Assembly (NCBI RefSeq): GCF_000315625.1
Contig: NW_005434660.1
Coordinates: 531,911 to 595,910, forward strand
DNA length: 64,000 bases
Direction: 5' to 3'
DNA from: Guillardia theta CCMP2712
Taxonomy: Eukaryota; Protista; Cryptophyta
The notes below the pieces were generated by a model. The model was not told where the DNA came from, searched no databases, and saw only the letters and a list, made by a program, of their open reading frames with translations. Position numbers and translations under genes: made by a program. Shown here in pieces: positions 31,941 to 45,487 of the stretch (the first letter of the stretch is position 1; every line of letters starts with the position of its first letter).

Positions 31941-33276
31941 GTCAGTCAATTGCGTCCTCATGTCGCACTCGTTCTAGCCTGTTGACTGGCTGGAATGCTC
32001 GCGCTCTGCCAGGTCATGTCAGCACCATGGAGATCACGTTACTTCCGACGCATAAATAATCGAAACGGTGTTGTTTCGTATCGCAAACAGTTGCTTTACG
32101 ACGATCATGGAGCATCTTCAGAGTCAGTACTTCATGGGGCGCAACCATTGCATTTTCGTTTGGGGGTACTTTGGTTCTACTTCTGTGCCACAAGGTCGGT
32201 GTAAGACTACGATGTCAGCAGATATTTGGGGTCAGACGCTCATTTCAGACGGAAATGTCTACCCTCCATCAGAACTCGGAGGTTGTCTCCTTGTTATCTA
32301 AAACATATTTTAAAACGAGGGGTCGATTGTGGTAAAGACTTGTCTCGAAAGGGCCGTTGAGGCCAAGGAAACGATAACGACTTGTTTCGGAATTAGCATT
32401 CAATCACTTCGCATCGCTTCGTTTCCTAAACTGCATCTTTTGAGTTTTACGTCTTGTGAAACAACTTCGACCCCCATCAAGGCATAACGCAACCCAACCC
32501 ACCTCCCACCCCTTGCGGGTCCTCAAAACAACCCACCCCTGAATTTGAGAGGTCAGAACCACCCACCCCTGATTCTTACAGCAGATTCCCCGCTCTTCAT
32601 CCCTACCCCTTCCCTCTCGGCCCCCCTTTTTCATAGGTGTAAACCACCTAGAAGGTCACACATTGAATCGGGGGGTCAAAGTAGCTGAATGAGGGGGTGA
32701 TGGGGTGGTTCTGTGACGCAACCATGGGAGGTGCTTTGGATCGTGACTCGGGTATTTAACTGTAGCAGGGTAGTCAGCAAAGGTACCACAGGGTCATTAG
32801 AGTGCATTAGGGGGTGGGGGTGGACTCCGCTTCTGACCCTGCTGATGTATCCGTGAAGGGGGTTAAAGCACCTCTACCGCTGCAACCCCACTACCCCACC
32901 CTACCTCTCCAGGTAGTTGAATCCGACATTGATTGCAGGCTCAGATTTCTTGCTCAGTGTATAGCCTACTACGTTGTCTGTCAATTTATTAAGTATGCCC
33001 ATAATTGAAAATGGTCATCCCATTTGCTTCCAGCCAGTTGGTTTCCGCCTGGATAACCTGAAAGGAGAGGACCCCACCCCTTTAGGGTAGTTTTACTCCC
33101 CCAGGCCTTTTCTTTCCTCCTCCCAACCTCCCCTTCGCAATTTCCTCCTCCTCTTGTTGGTAGCCACGCTCGCAGCACTTCCCCTCCCGCCCCGCAGCTC
33201 ATCCTGAGACAAACGATTCTGAGGGCGCTCTCCCTCTCTCCCCCTTATCCTCCTCTTCCTCCCTCAACAGTCCAAC

Positions 33277-34428
33277 ATGCATTCACAATCCTCCATGAAC
33301 TCGCCTCCTTGGCTGTCTGCTAAGCATAAACGGGTCGCTCGCGACTCCTTCTTGCGACTTAAGAGTCTTCCCAGGGCATCGTCTTCCTGCTCATTGGATG
33401 GCATGGATATTGAACAATGGGATGTCACAGACTCGGATATACTCGGTGAAGGATCGCACTCAGTTGTGTTCAAGTACCAAACTCCGTCGGGGAGTATTTA
33501 CGCGGTCAAGGAACCTCGTTCCCCTGTTGGTCTAGACTCTCCCAAGTCCTCGGACTGCAGCCAACATCTCCGTCATGCCAACATCGTCAGCCACAAGGTC
33601 TTTGGATCCAAGGGGAGGACGGTGATGGAATACATCGATGGTGGTTCTGTACATGAGGTTATGGAATCCGAGGGCGCGTTTGATGAGGAGAGGACGAAAG
33701 AGGCTCTGTATGACGTGTTGCTGGGACTCTCCTATCTCCACCGCCACGGAATCGTTCACAAGGACATCAAGCCTGCCAACATACTGTATGATACCACCAC
33801 TGACAGCTACAAGCTCTGCGATTGGGTGGGAGACTGCGACCAAGTCAGCAGCGCCAATCGTGGAGTGTCTTGCCCAGTGGGGTCGCCATCGTTTTTGGCT
33901 CCTGAGGTGATCAGGACGCAGCATCACTCAGAGGCCTCGGACATCTGGGGCGTTGGTTGCACTGCCTTGAACATGCTGACTGGCAAGGTGCCTTGGGAGA
34001 AGGAAGACAACGTCTTTGCGATAATGTTCAAGGTGTCGCAGGGTCACCACCCTGAGTTTCCCTCCGACAAGATATCAGACAACATGAGAGATTTCCTCGA
34101 GCTTTGCTTCAAGGCCGATGCAGAGGAACGTCCATCTGCAGTCGAGCTCCTCAACCACCCTCTTTTCATTGTCGACGAATCGTTCAGCAGTCTGTTCCGG
34201 TTGAACGAGGACAACGAGTCAGGGACTGAGTTTGTGGATGTCATCGAATCAAAGTTCGAGGACAGCTTGAAATTCTCAGCTCCAGCTTCCAAAAGCAGAG
34301 GGAGGGTCGATGGCATCCTCGAGAGGCTTCAGGCGCAGATCATCGGCGACAAAGCTTCCAAGTGCTCGGCTAAGATTGATTCTAAGCTTGCGATGTTCTC
34401 TTCTATCCTTCGAATTTTATTGTTTTGA
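33277..34428 (+). CDS. Intronless STE/MAP3K-like Ser/Thr kinase with atypical motifs
   Basis: LGEGSHSVV, YAVK, HKDIKPANIL, KLCDWVG, GSPSFLAPEV, SDIWGVGC, RPSAVELLNHP. Confidence 0.92.
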   Translation: MHSQSSMNSPPWLSAKHKRVARDSFLRLKSLPRASSSCSLDGMDIEQWDVTDSDILGEGSHSVVFKYQTPSGSIYAVKEPRSPVGLDSPKSSDCSQHLRHANIVSHKVFGSKGRTVMEYIDGGSVHEVMESEGAFDEERTKEALYDVLLGLSYLHRHGIVHKDIKPANILYDTTTDSYKLCDWVGDCDQVSSANRGVSCPVGSPSFLAPEVIRTQHHSEASDIWGVGCTALNMLTGKVPWEKEDNVFAIMFKVSQGHHPEFPSDKISDNMRDFLELCFKADAEERPSAVELLNHPLFIVDESFSSLFRLNEDNESGTEFVDVIESKFEDSLKFSAPASKSRGRVDGILERLQAQIIGDKASKCSAKIDSKLAMFSSILRILLF

Positions 34429-34639
34429 ATTTTCCCCATAAAGTCTTTTTGCATTCTAATAAAGCTTAAACATAACACGTCCTCGATTGTCAAGTTTCAT
34501 TCTAACCCCACATCCGATTCTTCTGCTTGCACATTTATCAGATCACCTCCTTGAGTGTTCTCGTTCTACCTTTTCTCTTGACCAATTGTGATCGTCATAC
34601 TCATACTCTTCATCGTCCCCCTCCTGCTCGCCCTCCCAT

Positions 34640-36417
34640 TCAGCATCTGTACATGAGGTCAATGTTCATGCAGTCTCCCATTGTTGCTCCACCTGCAGCA
34701 GACAGGCGGCTGGCGGGCGTATTGGTTTGAAAGGTGCTGGTCAGGTCATTGATGGGAGCACCACTCTGAATCTGATTAACAACTTCTTGCATCTGTCTCA
34801 GCACATCAACAGAATTGCAAATGGCATCAAGCAAAGCTGATTAGGAGGGGCGCGATAGGACGGGACTCGTGGGGAAGGTGAGAGGGAGGTACATGGTACA
34901 AGTCCGCCATGACTTCTGATGCGTCAAAGTTGGATGTGATGTGCTGATAGGCGGCCGTTACCACATTGCGATACCTTCACCTCGTTCCAACAGTACCTGG
35001 AACTGTCGCCTCCGAGCCTCGAGCCTGATCTCGAGTTCTGACAGGAGCTGGCGAGCAACGTCAACCCGAGCCTCACGATTTGAGCTTCTCTCTCAACACT
35101 CACCTGTACACGCACGTGCCCATCGCCGCGCTTGCCAAAAGATCTGTCGCGCAGAAAGTTGTTCTTTGCCCTGCAAGTCAACCCACGGCAGGTCACCCGT
35201 CCGCCCACAGACAGTTCAACAAGGACAAGGCACCCGCGGATTTGAGTTTCTAGCCTGTCGATCTCTGACAAGAAGAACTGCCAGTCCAGGCAATCCAAGT
35301 TGGTCTCATCAGGATCCACCAGCCTCATCGTCTTCCCCTGAGCGTCGGCTTTCCGATATTCTCCGGTTATCTGGTTCTTAGTGAGGGACAAGCTTGACGG
35401 CTCGACATCGACTTGCCTTATCCTTTACCAGCTCGCCGTTCTTCTCAAGATCGCTCAGTTCGTCTGGGGTGACAGTCTCCCACATCACGGTCCAAACCAT
35501 CTCCGCATCCTGAGACTGCAGGTCACGACAATGAGTCGCAACCATGAGAACGAACAACCTTGTCCGTCACGTGCTGCCATGTAAGAGGAAGCCTTTGATC
35601 TCTCGCCAACCATCTTGCGAGCGCTACGGCATCATACCCATGCACAATACTCGCCGCGTCATCGTTGACTTTGACATCTTGCGTACAAGACGTCAACGAG
35701 CAGTCGATCTCGACCTAGCCAACCTGCTGGCAGTGGCAACTCCGAAGCCGTGGCGTTGCTGCGGTGACGTCACTCTCCTTGAAGCAACTTGAAGCATCTC
35801 CCAACCTCCCCTCGGACCCGGCTGACGATACTCGGAACCTCACAACCCGGGACGGATGGATTTCCTTGAGCTGGGACACACTGTCAGACTATCGGATGGG
35901 CAGCTGCGCGCTGACGACGCACGTGCATGCCCGTGATGGATTCTTCTTCGTTGTGACATTGTTCGTGCCTGTAAGGACCAGAGGCGATCATCGAGAGCAG
36001 GAGCAGCCATCAACATCCATACCCTCTCCCCAGGAAAACCGCGTAATCCTTCTTCGCTTGTTGAGCCGAATCTTCTTGTCTCACGTCGCTCATGCGCCTC
36101 TCGCATGCCGTCGCCATCTGCTCCGCTGAAGACGTTCGATGAGGCTCGACGATCTTGTCTCGATATGAGACCTTGCTGCTTGACCCCTCCGACATCTGAC
36201 CCTCCTGCCCCTCCTGCGCCTCCTGCGCCTCCTGCGCCTCCTGAGCACGACTGATCGATTTTGAGCAGTCTATTCCAGCAGCAGCATGAGCGCTCGAAAC
36301 GTCACTGTCATGCTTCAGGTGATCCTTCTGCTGAGATTCAGAAAGCGACACCGCCATGGCGATCGCTAGCATCTCCTCCTCCCCGAGATCTTCAACAGAT
36401 TCAAGAGGCCAGCTCAT
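34640..36417 (-). CDS. Multi-exon hypothetical protein with N-terminal ubiquitin-interacting motif (UIM)
   Basis: EEEMLAIAMAVSLSESQ fits the UIM pattern. Several downstream spliced segments follow; boundaries are approximate. Confidence 0.55.
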
Positions 36418-37132
36418 TGCAACGCCTCCCCGGTCTGGTTCCCGCACGCAAGGCCACCTGCTAGATGCCTCTCACCCTTCAAGAGCAGAAAGACTTCCTC
36501 CCAGAGTCTCTCTCAGTCTCCTCCTCATCTTCCACGCTCCTCATCTCGCCTCCTTTCCGCATCGCCATGCCCCGCGTAGGCCGTGTCACCCCTTCTACGA
36601 GGGGCGCGACAGGGGGAGGGAGGAGGAGGGAGAAGGTAACAGGATACCCATAATTAATTAGAGCTTTCATTATGAAATGTCGAAACATGCAGCCTTGGCC
36701 ATGAACACTGTCAACAGCTGAGCCCGGCCCGAATTTCCGGGCCCGGGCCCGCCACGAAGGTCTTCAGTCCGGTGTGCGGCGACAAAACGACCACATGTAA
36801 CGGAAATAACGTTTTGATAACCGCTATTTCCGCACGTGAGGATCAGAATCCTTGAACGCGTGCCCCACGCTTCCTCCTCCTCCTCCTCCTCCTCCTCCAC
36901 CTCCTCCCGCCTCGCTGCTGTTCCAGCCACACATCAACCTCCTCCACCTCTTCATCTGACCCTGGACCTTCCCTGTCTGTGTGTTTCCGCATCGGCCCCC
37001 TCCTGTTTCACCTTGAAAGTAGCTCCAAGACTCTTGTACCGACCTCCCTCGCTCCCCTCTCCCTTTTTCAGATCCTTGGTTCTCCCACCCAGCCACTGTA
37101 TCTCAAAAGCGCTTCCATCCCTCCACTAGAAC

Positions 37133-38814
37133 ATGCTCGTCCTCTACGAAACTCCAGCGGGCTATGCGCTGTTCAAAGTCACCGACGAGAAGAAGCTCAA
37201 GGATGTAGACGACATACAGGAGGTCTTCGCGGATCCAGACAAGGCCAGCAAGGCGATGAAGCTTAAGGCATTCCAGAAGTTCGAGGACACTTCTGAGGCG
37301 CTCGTTGCAGCAACTGCTATGCTTGAGAGCAGCTTGAGCAAAGGGCTGAAGAAATTCTTGGAGAAGAACATAGTGAAGAAGGGTCTCAACGAAGAGTTGG
37401 CGGTGTACGAGACGAAGCTGGGGAAAGTGATCAAGGAGAAGCTGGAAGTCCCGTGCATCTATGATGACAAGGTGCTTGAAATCATGAGAGGTGTGAGAGC
37501 AAACCTTGAGGTGCTCCTCGGAGGCACCACCGAACAAGATCTCAAGACAATGAGGCTCGGTCTGGCTCACAGCCTCGGACGCCACAAGCTCAAGTTCAGC
37601 CCTGACAAGGTGGACACTATGGTTGTGCAAGCAATCGGCCTGCTCGACGAGCTTGACAAGGAGCTCAACACCTACGCCATGCGCGTGAGGGAGTGGTACG
37701 GATGGCACTTCCCCGAGATGGGGAAGATTGTGACCGAGAACGTGCCGTACGCCAAGGTTGTGAAGCTGATGGGCATGCGAACTAACTGCGTGAGCTGCGA
37801 TTTCTCGTCCATCCTTGACGAGGAAACAGAGCAAGAGCTGAAGGAGGCGGTGCAGATCTCCATGGGAACGGAGATCTCTGATGACGATATCAACAACATC
37901 CAGTCCCTCTGCGATCAAGTGATCCAACTCTCCGAGTACAGAGTGCAACTTTACGAGTATCTTCTCAATCGCATGCGAGCCATCGCACCCAATCTCACCA
38001 CCATGGTCGGAGAACTCGTTGGTGCTCGCCTCATCGCGCATGCTGGCTCCCTGATGAATCTTGCCAAGCATCCTGCCTCCACCGTGCAGATCTTGGGAGC
38101 AGAGAAAGCGCTGTTCAGAGCGTTGAAGAGCAAGCACGACACTCCCAAGTACGGTCTGATCTATCACGCGTCGCTCATCGGTCAAGCTGCTCCCAAGCAC
38201 AAGGGCAAGATCTCACGTGTGCTCGCGGCCAAGTGTGCGCTCTCGATCCGTGTGGACGCCCTGAGTCAAGGTGACATCCCTCAAGTCGGAGTGGAACACA
38301 GACTAGCGGTAGAGAACAGACTGAGACAACTCGAGGGAGGAACGATCACCAACCTGAGCGGCTCCGCCAAGGGAAAGCCTAACGCCAAGAAGTATGAGAG
38401 CAAGGCAGACGAAGACGGGATGGCCAAGTCATCTTCCAAGTACAACGATGCTGAAGACATGACTATGAGTGCAAAGTCGAAGAAGTCGAAGCGCAAGGCA
38501 GACAGCGACGAGGAGGAGGAGGAGGAGGTGAAGAAGAAGAAGGACAAGTCGGAGAAGAAGAAGGCCAAGAAGAAGGTGTGGCAGGCCGTTGCCCTCCTGC
38601 ATCATCTGATTTGCTTGTGTAGGAGGAATCTGAGGAGGAGGAGGAGGAGGAGGAGGAGAAACCAAAGAAGAAGAAGAAGAAGACTGAGGTACAACAACCA
38701 TAGGCTGCCCTCCCGATATTTGCTGACGTTGTGTCTTTCAAACAGGACGACGAAGGCGAGAAGAAGGACAAGAAGGATAAGAAGGACAAGAAGAAGAAGA
38801 AGAAAGACGAGTAG
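37133..38814 (+). CDS. NOP58: Nucleolar protein 58 (box C/D snoRNP core)
   Basis: MLVLYETPAGYALFKV, LGLAHSLGRHKLKFSPDKVDTM, REWYGWHFPE, PASTVQILGAEKALFRALK, and a KKE/D tail split by two short introns. Confidence 0.95.
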
Positions 38815-39146
38815 ACTTCTTGCTCGACAGTTTTCCTCCAAGTCGTCGGGTTCCACCTTGTTCCACTGGTCTCTCTCCTGATTGCTCCTCCATGAGTTGA
38901 GCTCCATCCTTTCCCCCCCCTCCCCCCCTCCCCTTTCGTGCTGTATGTGCCTCACGCTGCACCGCACGCCTGTAACACCATCACCTATTGTGAATCGCAA
39001 TATTAGCATCTCATTAGATCGATTAAACTTGAATCGCCAAATACTTCCCGGGCATGAAGCGATAACAGCAGACAAGGGAGTAGAACGAGTGAGAGGGGAC
39101 AAGGAAAAAGAGGAGGTCTTGGTTCCTAAATATAACTTCATTGTCG

Positions 39147-40607
39147 TCATCGAAATGATCGCAGAGGATCGTAACGAGTCAACACCGCGGGTACCGTCAC
39201 TCCCTCCCTCATCACTTTGAGTGAGACTTTGGTGCCTGGAGGCCCAAGAACCAGATCGCGAGCCTGAGAAAGACGGGAGATGAAACTCAAGGGAGGACGA
39301 GATGAGTAGCGAAGAAGGAAAATCAAAGGAAAGAAGACGGAGGTACCTGGTCCGGGCTCAGGCCTTGCATCTCGACTCCGTTGACCTCTACTAGCACGTC
39401 GCCGACCCTGCAGGAGAGGCTGAGATGAAAGAGCAGAACAAAGAGTGAAGGAGGAGGCAGATAGTGGGAGACAGATCGTCGTTGCTCCCACCTGATGATT
39501 CCTGATTGCGCTGCCGGCATGTCCTGAGCGACATGGTTGACGACCAGCCGGTGAGGAGGTTTGCCGGTCACCATGACGCTGATCCCGATGCCTCCCACGT
39601 TTCTCTTAATCTTCTCTTCCGTCTCAAGCTCCTCCTTGCTCATCCTCCGAGCCTGCAGCTTCGGCTCCTGCTGCTCCTCTGAGGTCGCCAGGCTCGTGCC
39701 AAGACGAACTTGTGCTCCGCTCTTGGAAGGCTGCAGGAGGTGAGTGACGGCAACAAGAGAGAGGAAGGAGAAGAGAGACCGTGAAGGGAAAGACAATCTG
39801 TGAGGTAGTCTTGGTCGACACGATGATATCTTCCTGCGCTCTCCATCATCTCAAGCTCGTCCAGCAGTCTGCGTGTCTCACGTCCATGGCTCTCTTGCTC
39901 GACTTAGAGTGATCTTTGATGGTGCTGACGAACCCTGGAGCTGCAGCAACGTCATCTCATCCTCCCTGCTCTCCCCACTTGACCCTACGAGGATTTTGAG
40001 AGCCCTCGGCCCGAGCCTGGAGTAGAAGATGGGATGAGACTGAAGGAGGTCGAGCAAGCAGCATCACCCGACGTGTCAAAGTCGTCCTGATGTATTCTTG
40101 GTCGTAAGGGTTGTCGTCGTTCTGACCCGCACACAAGTCAATTGCCTCTCTCCTCTCCCCGTTCCTCCTACAAATCTCTTGAACGTCAGGTCGACTTTCG
40201 TCCCAGGTTTGCCCTGCCGACGGCGTCATCAGCCCTCCTTGTTCTCTCCCCCCTCTCACCTTGACGAGGTTAAACACGAAGCCGATGGACTTGCCGTACA
40301 CGTTAACGCCATCGACCTCATAGAGCACGTCCCCTTGTCGTAGCACTGCCGACATGCTGTCAGCATCGCCATGCCAGGCGTGGAGGAGGCTCCACCGTCA
40401 GAGGCCTCTGGCAGGTCGGAATCGATCGAGCGAACTTCGAGAACTCCCATGGAGTTGTAACTAACTGTGACTTGCGGTGAGATGGAGCGAGCAAGCAGCA
40501 ACCAAGACGAGAGACTGTGAGGAGAGGAAAGTGTCTCAAAAGGTTGGTGGCGGAAGCGACTCACGTTTCAGACCCAGGTTTGCCTCCTCTCCTCCTGCTC
40601 CAGCCAT
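39147..40607 (-). CDS. Protein with two PDZ domains
   Basis: LRQGDVLYEVDGVNV...GKPGTKVDLTFKR and GGIGISV...PAAQSGIIR|VGDVLVEVNGVEM...LGPPGTKVSLKVMR. Confidence 0.85.
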
Positions 40608-40789
40608 GTCGCAGTCGACACATGACGCTGGGGTTTGGCACCATGCCAGCATTCTGACTGTGCTGACGCCGGACTAGTGACTCCCGATGATCGCTACTAC
40701 AGCACAGCCCCTCCCGCCGTGAACCGCTCCTTCAAACTCACGATGATGAGCGAGCGAGTCAAATGCTTGTCAAACTCTGATCGGCGGTC

Positions 40790-41320
40790 AGCCTCCTCAC
40801 GGTGGCAGTGGCCCGGCCTCAGCGCCGGGCTCAGTACTCCGAACTGAGTTACCCGGTGACCTGGCACCGTGGCTTCACAGAGTCAAGTTCCGAAGTTCGA
40901 GTCGAATTCCGAACCCTCAGCCGTTGGCACTGCGGCATCCCGATCCCGCGGCGATGATCGGAACCGGACTCTTCAGACTCCTCACCGTCGGGCCCGCCGG
41001 GGCGGGGCCCGCCGCCGGACCGTACCGCGTGGGATTCCTCCGACTCACTGCGGCGCAGCCCCGCCGCCCACTGGGCCGCCCGGCCGCTGAGTACGGTCCG
41101 CCGGACTGAGTCCGTCACGGTACTATCGTGACGGTCCCGCCTCCACCCGCACGGTGACAGGCCCGGCCGCTGCTGACTCCGGCGGTGACCGTCGGCGTCA
41201 TTGCCATTCGGACTCGCCGGAACTTCCGAGCCCGGCCAGTGGCGGCTTGAGACTCGTCGGACTCACTGAGTCAGGCCCCGGCGGCCGGCCGCAGTCACCC
41301 GACTCACCGGCCGCTCGATG
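40790..41320. promoter_or_regulatory. CCGG-rich island in a divergent intergenic region
   Basis: Dense ccgg/ggcc, gactca/tgagtc and ttccgaa words, between the PDZ (-) and C2H2 (+) genes. Confidence 0.5.
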
Positions 41321-42014
41321 ATCTTGAATTTAATCGAATCAGATCAGAGCATCACCTTCTTTACTATCTTTCAGCACACGATCGAGTATTAGTGAGGGGT
41401 ACCTGCCGATGGGTGGGTAGTTTGGAGGGGTAGGGATAATAATGCACGGGTACCACCCTAAAGAAGTACCCCACCCTATCGAGAACCGTATGTTTGCCAA
41501 AGGGCAGAGAGTTCAATATGGCAAGTGAGGGGGAATTTTTCAAGAGATGATGAGGGTGGGTGGTGGACGAATTGGAAGGCCAGGAAGACAAAGGGGTGGG
41601 TGGGTTGATAAATGGTGGGGTGGAATAGATAGAAGTGATGCGGAGGGATGGAGAAGTGGGGTGGGGTGATAGAGGAACGAAGGGGTCCTTGTAGAGGGAT
41701 GAAGGGGGGGTAGAGTAGGGTGGGGGCAAAAAGCGGTGATCACATGCTGGCGCATCAGAATGCGGAGGGAGGGGAGGGAGGGGAGAAGATGAGATGCGAG
41801 AGGTTGTAGAGGAGACGACGATGCAGAGAGAATGGTAAGGAAGATAATGAGAGAGAAGCACTTGCTCAGAGAAGATGGTCATACTGGGAAGGGAAGGAAA
41901 ACAGAAGGCGGGAGCAAAAATAATGAGGGAAGACAAGGAGGGGCAGGGACGTAGGAAGCGAAGTGAAGGTGAGGGAGAAAAAGATGTGAAAATGAAAAAG
42001 ATACAACCAGAAAA

Positions 42015-45000
42015 ATGATGGCGGAGCATTATATAGAAGATGCTCCTGACAGGAGACATCGGAAAGAAAGAGTGTTCAAGACGCCGTCACCATTGCTGGA
42101 ATTGAATGGGCTATTGAGAACCCCGGCAGTTGCAGAGATAAACTATGAAAGAGCAAGCTGTAGAATCCAATCTGAGATTGTGATGAGGTGTTGCTTGTTT
42201 CTGCAGATGCTCGGCTCGTGCATGAACGCTGCCACGTCTGATGGCTGAGGGATCAACAGAGAGGTCCCACATGTCTCAAGGTCCCCGCGTTGCTCTTGCG
42301 AGCCCAACCCCTTCCCTGTGGCTGAATCGCCTGTACAGATATGATCGAGGTGGAAGGAAGCGGGGGGATGGAGGGATCTATGGTGGAGGATGAGGCGATT
42401 CTGTTGCTTGCTTCCCTGGCCGGGAACAAGTGCAAGAGAAGTTCTGAGGGCTGTGTCAAGACAGAAACTCAAGGCACAGACGACAGCGCAAGGAAGAACC
42501 AAGCCGTGAAAAGGAAGAGAAATGCAGAAACAGCCGCACGCGGAGCCATTCGTAAGAATAGAAATCGAGTTGAAGAGGTGAGTTGCCTCACTGCATTCAG
42601 TCATGTACCAGCCCCCCAAGTTTGAGCTTGCTAGCAGGTTGTGGCGCAGGTCAAAAGTTCCTCAGAGAGTGGGGAGGAGGAGAACACAGTTATCTTCCAG
42701 TACCTCACTCCTTCGGACCTGCGCTTGACACCAGAAGCTCTTGTTGCTACCAAGGTGCCTCATCGCCCTCATTTCGACGCAGCTGCTGACAGTGATGGAC
42801 GCGCAGGTCTCCCACTTCCGCTGCAACGTGAATGGTGGGTTGAAGCACTTTCCTTCTTCTCCTCCTCCTCGTCTCCCTCCTTTCCCTCTTCCTCCTTCAC
42901 CTCCTCCTCCTCGCCATCCTCCTCCTTCACCCCTTCCTTGACTTCCTCCTGTTTCACCTTCTCCTCTCTTCTCCCTTCACTCTCCTCGTCCTCCAGTTGA
43001 CGGCTTGCGATCAGGATGCCGGCGTGATTATCGTAGCCATACAGCGCTAGCAAGACACAGGAAGGACAAGCACAGCGAGGTAAACAGAAAGGACGTGTGT
43101 GCGTCGAGACTGAACGATGAGGCAGTGGGGGAAGCATCAAGCGCACAGCGCGAATGAAGATTGTTCTCTGCAGGCAGACTGCAAGGACGGGTGACAGCAA
43201 GCAATCTGAGTGTGGGGGTGTGACCAAGTCTGTTATGCAGTCATTGCGGTGCTGAGCATCCGTGCACTAGTGATTCAGACTGTGAGGAGACGGGAGGTAG
43301 TGATGTAGAGTCTCACTTGAAAACAGGTTCCGGCGCAATCCCGCACTGCCATGAAGGCATGGAATGGCCGCCTGACCGCAATCGAGTCTTCACGTGCCCT
43401 GAACCTTCTTGTGGTCATTCAGCTGGTCAAGTTCAGTCCTTGAGGTCTCAAATCCTTGTTAGATCGCCCTTCCGCTGTTTTCCCTCCCCTCCACCTCTTC
43501 CTTTGGTTCTCCTCCGGTGCTGCGCTCCACAACAACCCATGGCACCATCCGTTATGTTTTCATCTGCCTCTTCTCCGCCAGCTCTTGACAGCGTCATGGC
43601 TCCTTCCTTGACCTGAACAGTTTGTGCTTCCACTGATGTTCTCGTGTAACCTTCCTGTCTTTTACTTTCGGGATTGACTTTCCTCCTGAACGTTTTCTCA
43701 CACTCGCCCTCAGGTATCACTACCTGCGATCTCACGGCGACCAAGATCGATTTCGCTGTGATAGCTGTGGAAAGTGAGAGCTTTCGTTGACTTGTTTGTT
43801 ACACTTGACTAGCCTCACATTCTTTTCAGAACTTTTGCGATGAAAACAGACTTGAATCGACACGTGAGCTCCTGCTCGTTAGGATTCACTTGTGAAGTGA
43901 GGCTTTTGTCGCATCTTTCTCGCTCCCCTCACGACCTTGATTCGTCACAGTGCGGGAAGCTGCTTAGGACGGCAGAGGGTCTGGAGACACACAAAAGAAT
44001 CTTCCATCGGCAGGACGGTTTGCGATCAGAGCAACACCAACAGGACAGACATGAGGAGGAAGACGAAGGACCCAAATCAGCAACACGGGTGCATTCTCAC
44101 GCTCACCCCCACCACACGCATACAGCATCAAGCGCCTGTGCTGACAAGGAGTCGAGCAAGAGGAGCAGGCGAGTAGCGTACTGCTCATATGCAGACAAGG
44201 AGGAGGACGAGTCGGATGGAGAGGGCGAAATTCTTGCAGATCATATCCGTTTCCTGATGCCCTCGGACTTTGTGATATCTGAAGATCAGCTCTTCTCTAC
44301 CGCGTGAGACTTTGTTGATGTTCCTCATCCTGTCTTGAGCTTCTTTGTTCAGCAGCGAAGGAATCTTCACGTGCGGGTGGAAGGGCTGTCAAGCTCGATT
44401 GAAGAGCATCGCTGTATGTCTCTTCCATCTCCCTCGTCCTCCCTGACTTGTCGTGCAGATGCTTGCGAACCATCGCAAGGAGCACAGGGATTGGATCCCT
44501 TACAACCCTCGCAAGCACGTCGGAGAGAATGCGACATGCCCCTGCAGAGACTCTTCTTCTCCTCTCAGTCACACAGAGGACGAGAAGCATGTCTGCCGGC
44601 ATTCTCATGCCAAGGAGGGGCAGGAGGAGGAGGAGGCATGGCTCTCGTCGCGTCAATGCAGGTCTTGTCCCTCTGTCGCCTCTGCTGGTCGTCAGACGTT
44701 GCAGGTTCATGTGCACGCGAGTAGAGGAAGGATGCAGCGCGTCTTTCGAGGATCTTCCTCAGCTGAGTAAGTGGCGGAGGTTGCTGGGGAGTTGAGAGCA
44801 GAGGAGGTGGGAAGTTGGAAAGCCAGGAGAAGATGAAGGGAGGGAGGAGGAGGGGACCAAGAGCAGGAGCAGGAGGGGACAAAGACGGCGACGGCAAGTG
44901 GGAGAGGACGAGAGAAGGAGGAGGGGGTGCGGGCGAAAAGGTCGCGAGAGGGAGACAGGGAGGAGGAGGATCAGCGAGGAGTCTGACGTCTGTTGTCGTC

Positions 45001-45049
45001 AGAACTTCATGTCACCACCAAACATCCTTCGTCCACCATCCAAGCATGA
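42015..45049 (+). CDS. Multi-C2H2 zinc-finger protein (ATMIN/STOP1-like finger cluster)
   Basis: FTCPEPSC...LR|YHYLRSHGDQDRFRCDSCGK|TFAMKTDLNRHVSSCSLGFTCE|CGKLLRTAEGLETHKRIFH, with further fingers FTCGWKGC..HRKEH and FMCTRVEEGC..HVTTKH. The 5' exons are uncertain. Confidence 0.7.
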
Positions 45050-45240
45050 CCTAATCTAATGAGAGGGTTAAACGTATCCCTCGTGATACTCTTGTCAAAT
45101 AAACGCTCAGTCATGGTCATGATCACCCCACCTTTTCCCTTCCACCACCCCTCCTTCCTCTATCGCGAAAATGGAGTCAAGCAATGCAGATACAGCTACC
45201 TCCTCTCAACAAACTTGAAAAAATTTTTTTTTTTCTTTTT

Positions 45241-45340
45241 NNNNNNNNNNNNNNNNNNNNNNNNNNNNNNNNNNNNNNNNNNNNNNNNNNNNNNNNNNNN
45301 NNNNNNNNNNNNNNNNNNNNNNNNNNNNNNNNNNNNNNNN
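45241..45340. other. Assembly gap (100 N)
   Basis: Run of N. Confidence 1.
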
Positions 45341-45487
45341 CCCTCTTCCTCCTGCTCCTCCTCCTGCATCCTCCTCCTGATCCTCCTAATGCTCCTCCTG
45401 CTCCTCCCTCCTCCTCCTCCTCCTCTTCCCGCTTCTTCCCTCCTCCTCCCTCCTCCCTACCCTTCTTCCAGCCTCCTCCGTAATCAG

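Noticed and set aside
31995-32320. Short ORFs downstream of the 30-bp array
   Set aside because: They are under 80 codons with no motif or convincing splice pattern.
38576-38744. Intron-encoded snoRNAs in NOP58
   Set aside because: The introns are only about 45-56 nt and lack a convincing terminal C/D box pair.
41395-41730. Interstitial telomeric repeat
   Set aside because: G-rich words are irregular with no tandem TTAGGG/TTTAGGG array, so they were treated as a promoter motif cluster.
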